A stretch of 18,460 nt of DNA from Tolypothrix carrinoi HA7290-LM1. Lineage in GTDB: Bacteria; Cyanobacteriota; Cyanobacteriia; Cyanobacteriales; Nostocaceae. The stretch lies in assembly GCA_019358935.1 (NCBI GenBank), contig JAHHIK010000140.1:1-18460 (forward strand), given 5' to 3'. The notes beneath the pieces were generated by a model. It saw nothing but the letters and a program-made list of their open reading frames with translations, did not search any database and was not told the DNA's origin. Shown piece by piece: positions 16,626 through 18,460 of the stretch; the first letter of the stretch is position 1; every line of letters starts with the position of its first letter. A program made the position numbers and the translations under genes.

Positions 16626-17995
16626 TGAAAGGGGAAGCTTTTTCTACCACTGGGCAGTTGCTGGGTACTGTGCTAGCTGTGCAAGCGAATTTTTACCGAG
16701 TGCAGCTGGATTTAGGAGACTTGGAGACTTGGGGACAAGGAGACAAGGAGACAAGGAGACAAGGAGACAAGGAGGACAAGGAGGACAAGGAGGACAAGGA
16801 AGATTCTTTCCTTTCTCCCCATTCCCCCCAACCCCAACGCCAGTCCGCTCAAGTCGGGGGACCCGCCCATGCGGCTGGCTCCTCCGTGGGGACGCATGTG
16901 CCCCCCATCCCCCCACGCCAGTCGCACGCCAGGTGCTACAACGCTCGTGACCTCCGCAACGCACTGGCTCCTCAAACTCCTCCACCCCCGCACAGCGCTG
17001 GCTCCTCTCCCCATCTCCCCCTCTCCCCCTCCTCCCCTCCCCTCCTCCTCTGCACTCGGAGAACGCGGTTGAAGAAAATTGGGCAACAGGTGATGGTGGG
17101 CGATCGCGTTGTGGTTGAAGAACCAGATTGGGCTGGTGGACGAGGGGCGATCGCTTTTGTTTTACCCCGCGAAAGTGAATTAGACCGTCCGGCGATCGCT
17201 AATGTTAACCAAATTCTCCTAGTCTTCGCTGTTGCCGATCCACCTCTAGAACCTTATCAACTCAGTCGCTTTTTGGTAAAGGCGGAATCTACAGGCTTGG
17301 ATGTGCTTTTATGCTTGAATAAAGGCGATTTAGTTTCAACTCAAGAACAGTCGGAAATAAGCGATCGCCTGCTTGGTTGGGGTTATCAAACGCTATTTAT
17401 CAGCGTCAATAATAATATAAATATCGACAAACTAAGTTACCAGTTGCAAGACAAAATCACCGTCTTGGCAGGACCTTCAGGAGTCGGCAAATCCAGTTTG
17501 ATTAATGCATTAATTCCTAATGCTCAGTTGCGCGTGGGTGAGGTTTCTGGTAAACTATCTCGCGGGCGTCACACCACCCGTCACGTAGAATTATTTGAAT
17601 TACCATTAGGTGGGTTGCTGGCTGATACTCCCGGCTTTAATCAGCCTGATATTGATTGTACGCCGGAAGAATTAATTTTTTATTTCCCAGAAGCAAGACA
17701 GAAATTAGCAGTTGATAGCTGTCGGTTTAGTGATTGCCTGCATCGAGACGAACCTGGTTGTGTAGTTCGGGGTGAGTGGGAACGTTATGAGCATTATCTG
17801 GAATTTTTAGAGCAAGCGATCGCTCGTCAAACTCAGATTAACCAACAAGCCGATCCAGAATCTACCCAAAAGTTAAAAACGAAAGGCAAAGGGCAGACTC
17901 AGTACGAACCGAAGCTAGAAAGTAAAAAATATCGCCAAAAATCCCGCCGCACTCAATTACAAGAGTTGCAGGATTTGTATCAGGATGAAGAATAA
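16625..17995 (+). CDS. rsgA: Small ribosomal subunit biogenesis GTPase RsgA with an in-frame repeat-derived insertion
   Basis: OB-fold (VGDRV), circularly permuted GTPase motifs (NKGD, GPSGVGKSS, HTTR, DTPG) and zinc finger CRFSDCLHRDEPGC. ATG 16625 overlaps the upstream TGA. Confidence 0.95.
   Translation: MKGEAFSTTGQLLGTVLAVQANFYRVQLDLGDLETWGQGDKETRRQGDKEDKEDKEDKEDSFLSPHSPQPQRQSAQVGGPAHAAGSSVGTHVPPIPPRQSHARCYNARDLRNALAPQTPPPPHSAGSSPHLPLSPSSPPLLLCTRRTRLKKIGQQVMVGDRVVVEEPDWAGGRGAIAFVLPRESELDRPAIANVNQILLVFAVADPPLEPYQLSRFLVKAESTGLDVLLCLNKGDLVSTQEQSEISDRLLGWGYQTLFISVNNNINIDKLSYQLQDKITVLAGPSGVGKSSLINALIPNAQLRVGEVSGKLSRGRHTTRHVELFELPLGGLLADTPGFNQPDIDCTPEELIFYFPEARQKLAVDSCRFSDCLHRDEPGCVVRGEWERYEHYLEFLEQAIARQTQINQQADPESTQKLKTKGKGQTQYEPKLESKKYRQKSRRTQLQELQDLYQDEE
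16715..17041. repeat. Intragenic composite repeat: GGAGACAA/GGAGGACAA tandem units plus three GCCAG...CTGGCTCC palindromic dispersed repeats (one nested)
   Basis: Elements at 16839-16882, 16917-17005 (outer) and 16928-16971 (inner), followed by a C/T-rich right arm. Confidence 0.85.
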
Positions 17996-18061
17996 AATCA
18001 AAGCAGATGTCAAGGCTGGTTACAATAGCATAAAGAGTCCAATATAAGCGAGAGTAGGGAA

Positions 18062-18379
18062 ATGAAACCAACAACTATCCAAATCCCAATTCCGCTAACG
18101 GTGCTGGTTGAGGCAATTAAATCACTCAAACCAGATGATAAAATCTTAATCAAACAGGTTTTGGATGAGGAGGTTGCTCAAATCCCTGAGAAAGCCACAA
18201 AACACATGTCTGTCCAAAATCGCGATCCTCAGAAGGCGAAACAGGCAGCAGAGGATCTAACAAAAGCAATTGAACGTCTGCTTGCTGAAACTGGAATGAC
18301 AGAAGATGAACTTGTGCAGTTATTTGATATGAGTAAACCGCTTCTAAATGTGTGGACAGAACTACCACTAGCTAGATAA
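18062..18379 (+). CDS. Small hypothetical protein, possibly antitoxin-like
   Basis: 105-aa ORF with purine-rich sequence upstream. IPIPLTVLVEAIKSL and LLAETGMTEDELVQLFD helical patterns. Function not recognised. Confidence 0.65.
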   Translation: MKPTTIQIPIPLTVLVEAIKSLKPDDKILIKQVLDEEVAQIPEKATKHMSVQNRDPQKAKQAAEDLTKAIERLLAETGMTEDELVQLFDMSKPLLNVWTELPLAR

Positions 18380-18382
18380 TTT

Positions 18383-18460
18383 GTCCATACCTCACTCCAC
18401 GGTGTAAGTGAAAGCGTTCTTTCCTAGTGCTTACGCTTCCTCGGTTTCGAGGTTGGCTAG
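18383..18460 (+). ncRNA. Probable 5' part of a HEARO/omegaRNA at the left end of an IS200/IS605-type IscB/IsrB (RRXRR) element, truncated by the window edge
   Basis: GTCCATACCTC (18383-18393) can pair with GAGGTTGGC (18449-18457), followed by TAG, like the GTCAA...TTGACCAG opening stem of HEARO RNAs. Internal stems CACT/AGTG and AAGCGT/ACGCTT. The protein gene is not visible. Confidence 0.55.

Noticed and set aside
16715..17041. Intein or self-splicing intron in rsgA
   Set aside because: No intein terminal motifs (Cys/Ser start, His-Asn end) and no group I/II intron hallmarks; the insert is repeat-derived.
5254..17086. Short antisense or alternative-frame ORFs inside bioU, pilB, dnaK, dnaJ and rsgA
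   Set aside because: Shadows of well-supported genes with no independent evidence.

Overview
Chromosomal window from a filamentous, probably heterocyst-forming cyanobacterium (Nostocales-like). This is inferred from abundant HIP1 octamers (GCGATCGC), heptameric STRR arrays and gene content. There are three zones. (1) Bases 1-4.5 kb are a decaying accessory island: a truncated mazF with mazE, a Uma2 nuclease-fold gene, a small membrane protein, a DUF433 antitoxin with a MITE-disrupted DUF5615 PIN toxin, DUF3291 and an AraC regulator. Several of these modules are separated by clustered intergenic HIP1 sites, and two junctions carry an attC-like motif. The island ends in a short divergent remnant resembling the N-terminus of an integron integrase, so it may be a relic HIP1-punctuated integron-like cassette array. 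(2) Bases 4.6-18.0 kb are core genes: bioU, a conserved hypothetical, pilC-pilT-pilB (minus strand, with a SigJ J-box), and divergently grpE-dnaK-dnaJ-tusA-like-rsgA. rsgA carries a roughly 109-aa in-frame insertion built from nested repeats. (3) At the right edge a small hypothetical gene is followed by what looks like the 5' end of a HEARO/omegaRNA of an IS200/IS605 IscB/IsrB element, cut off by the window. All family assignments are from motif recognition; no database search was run.
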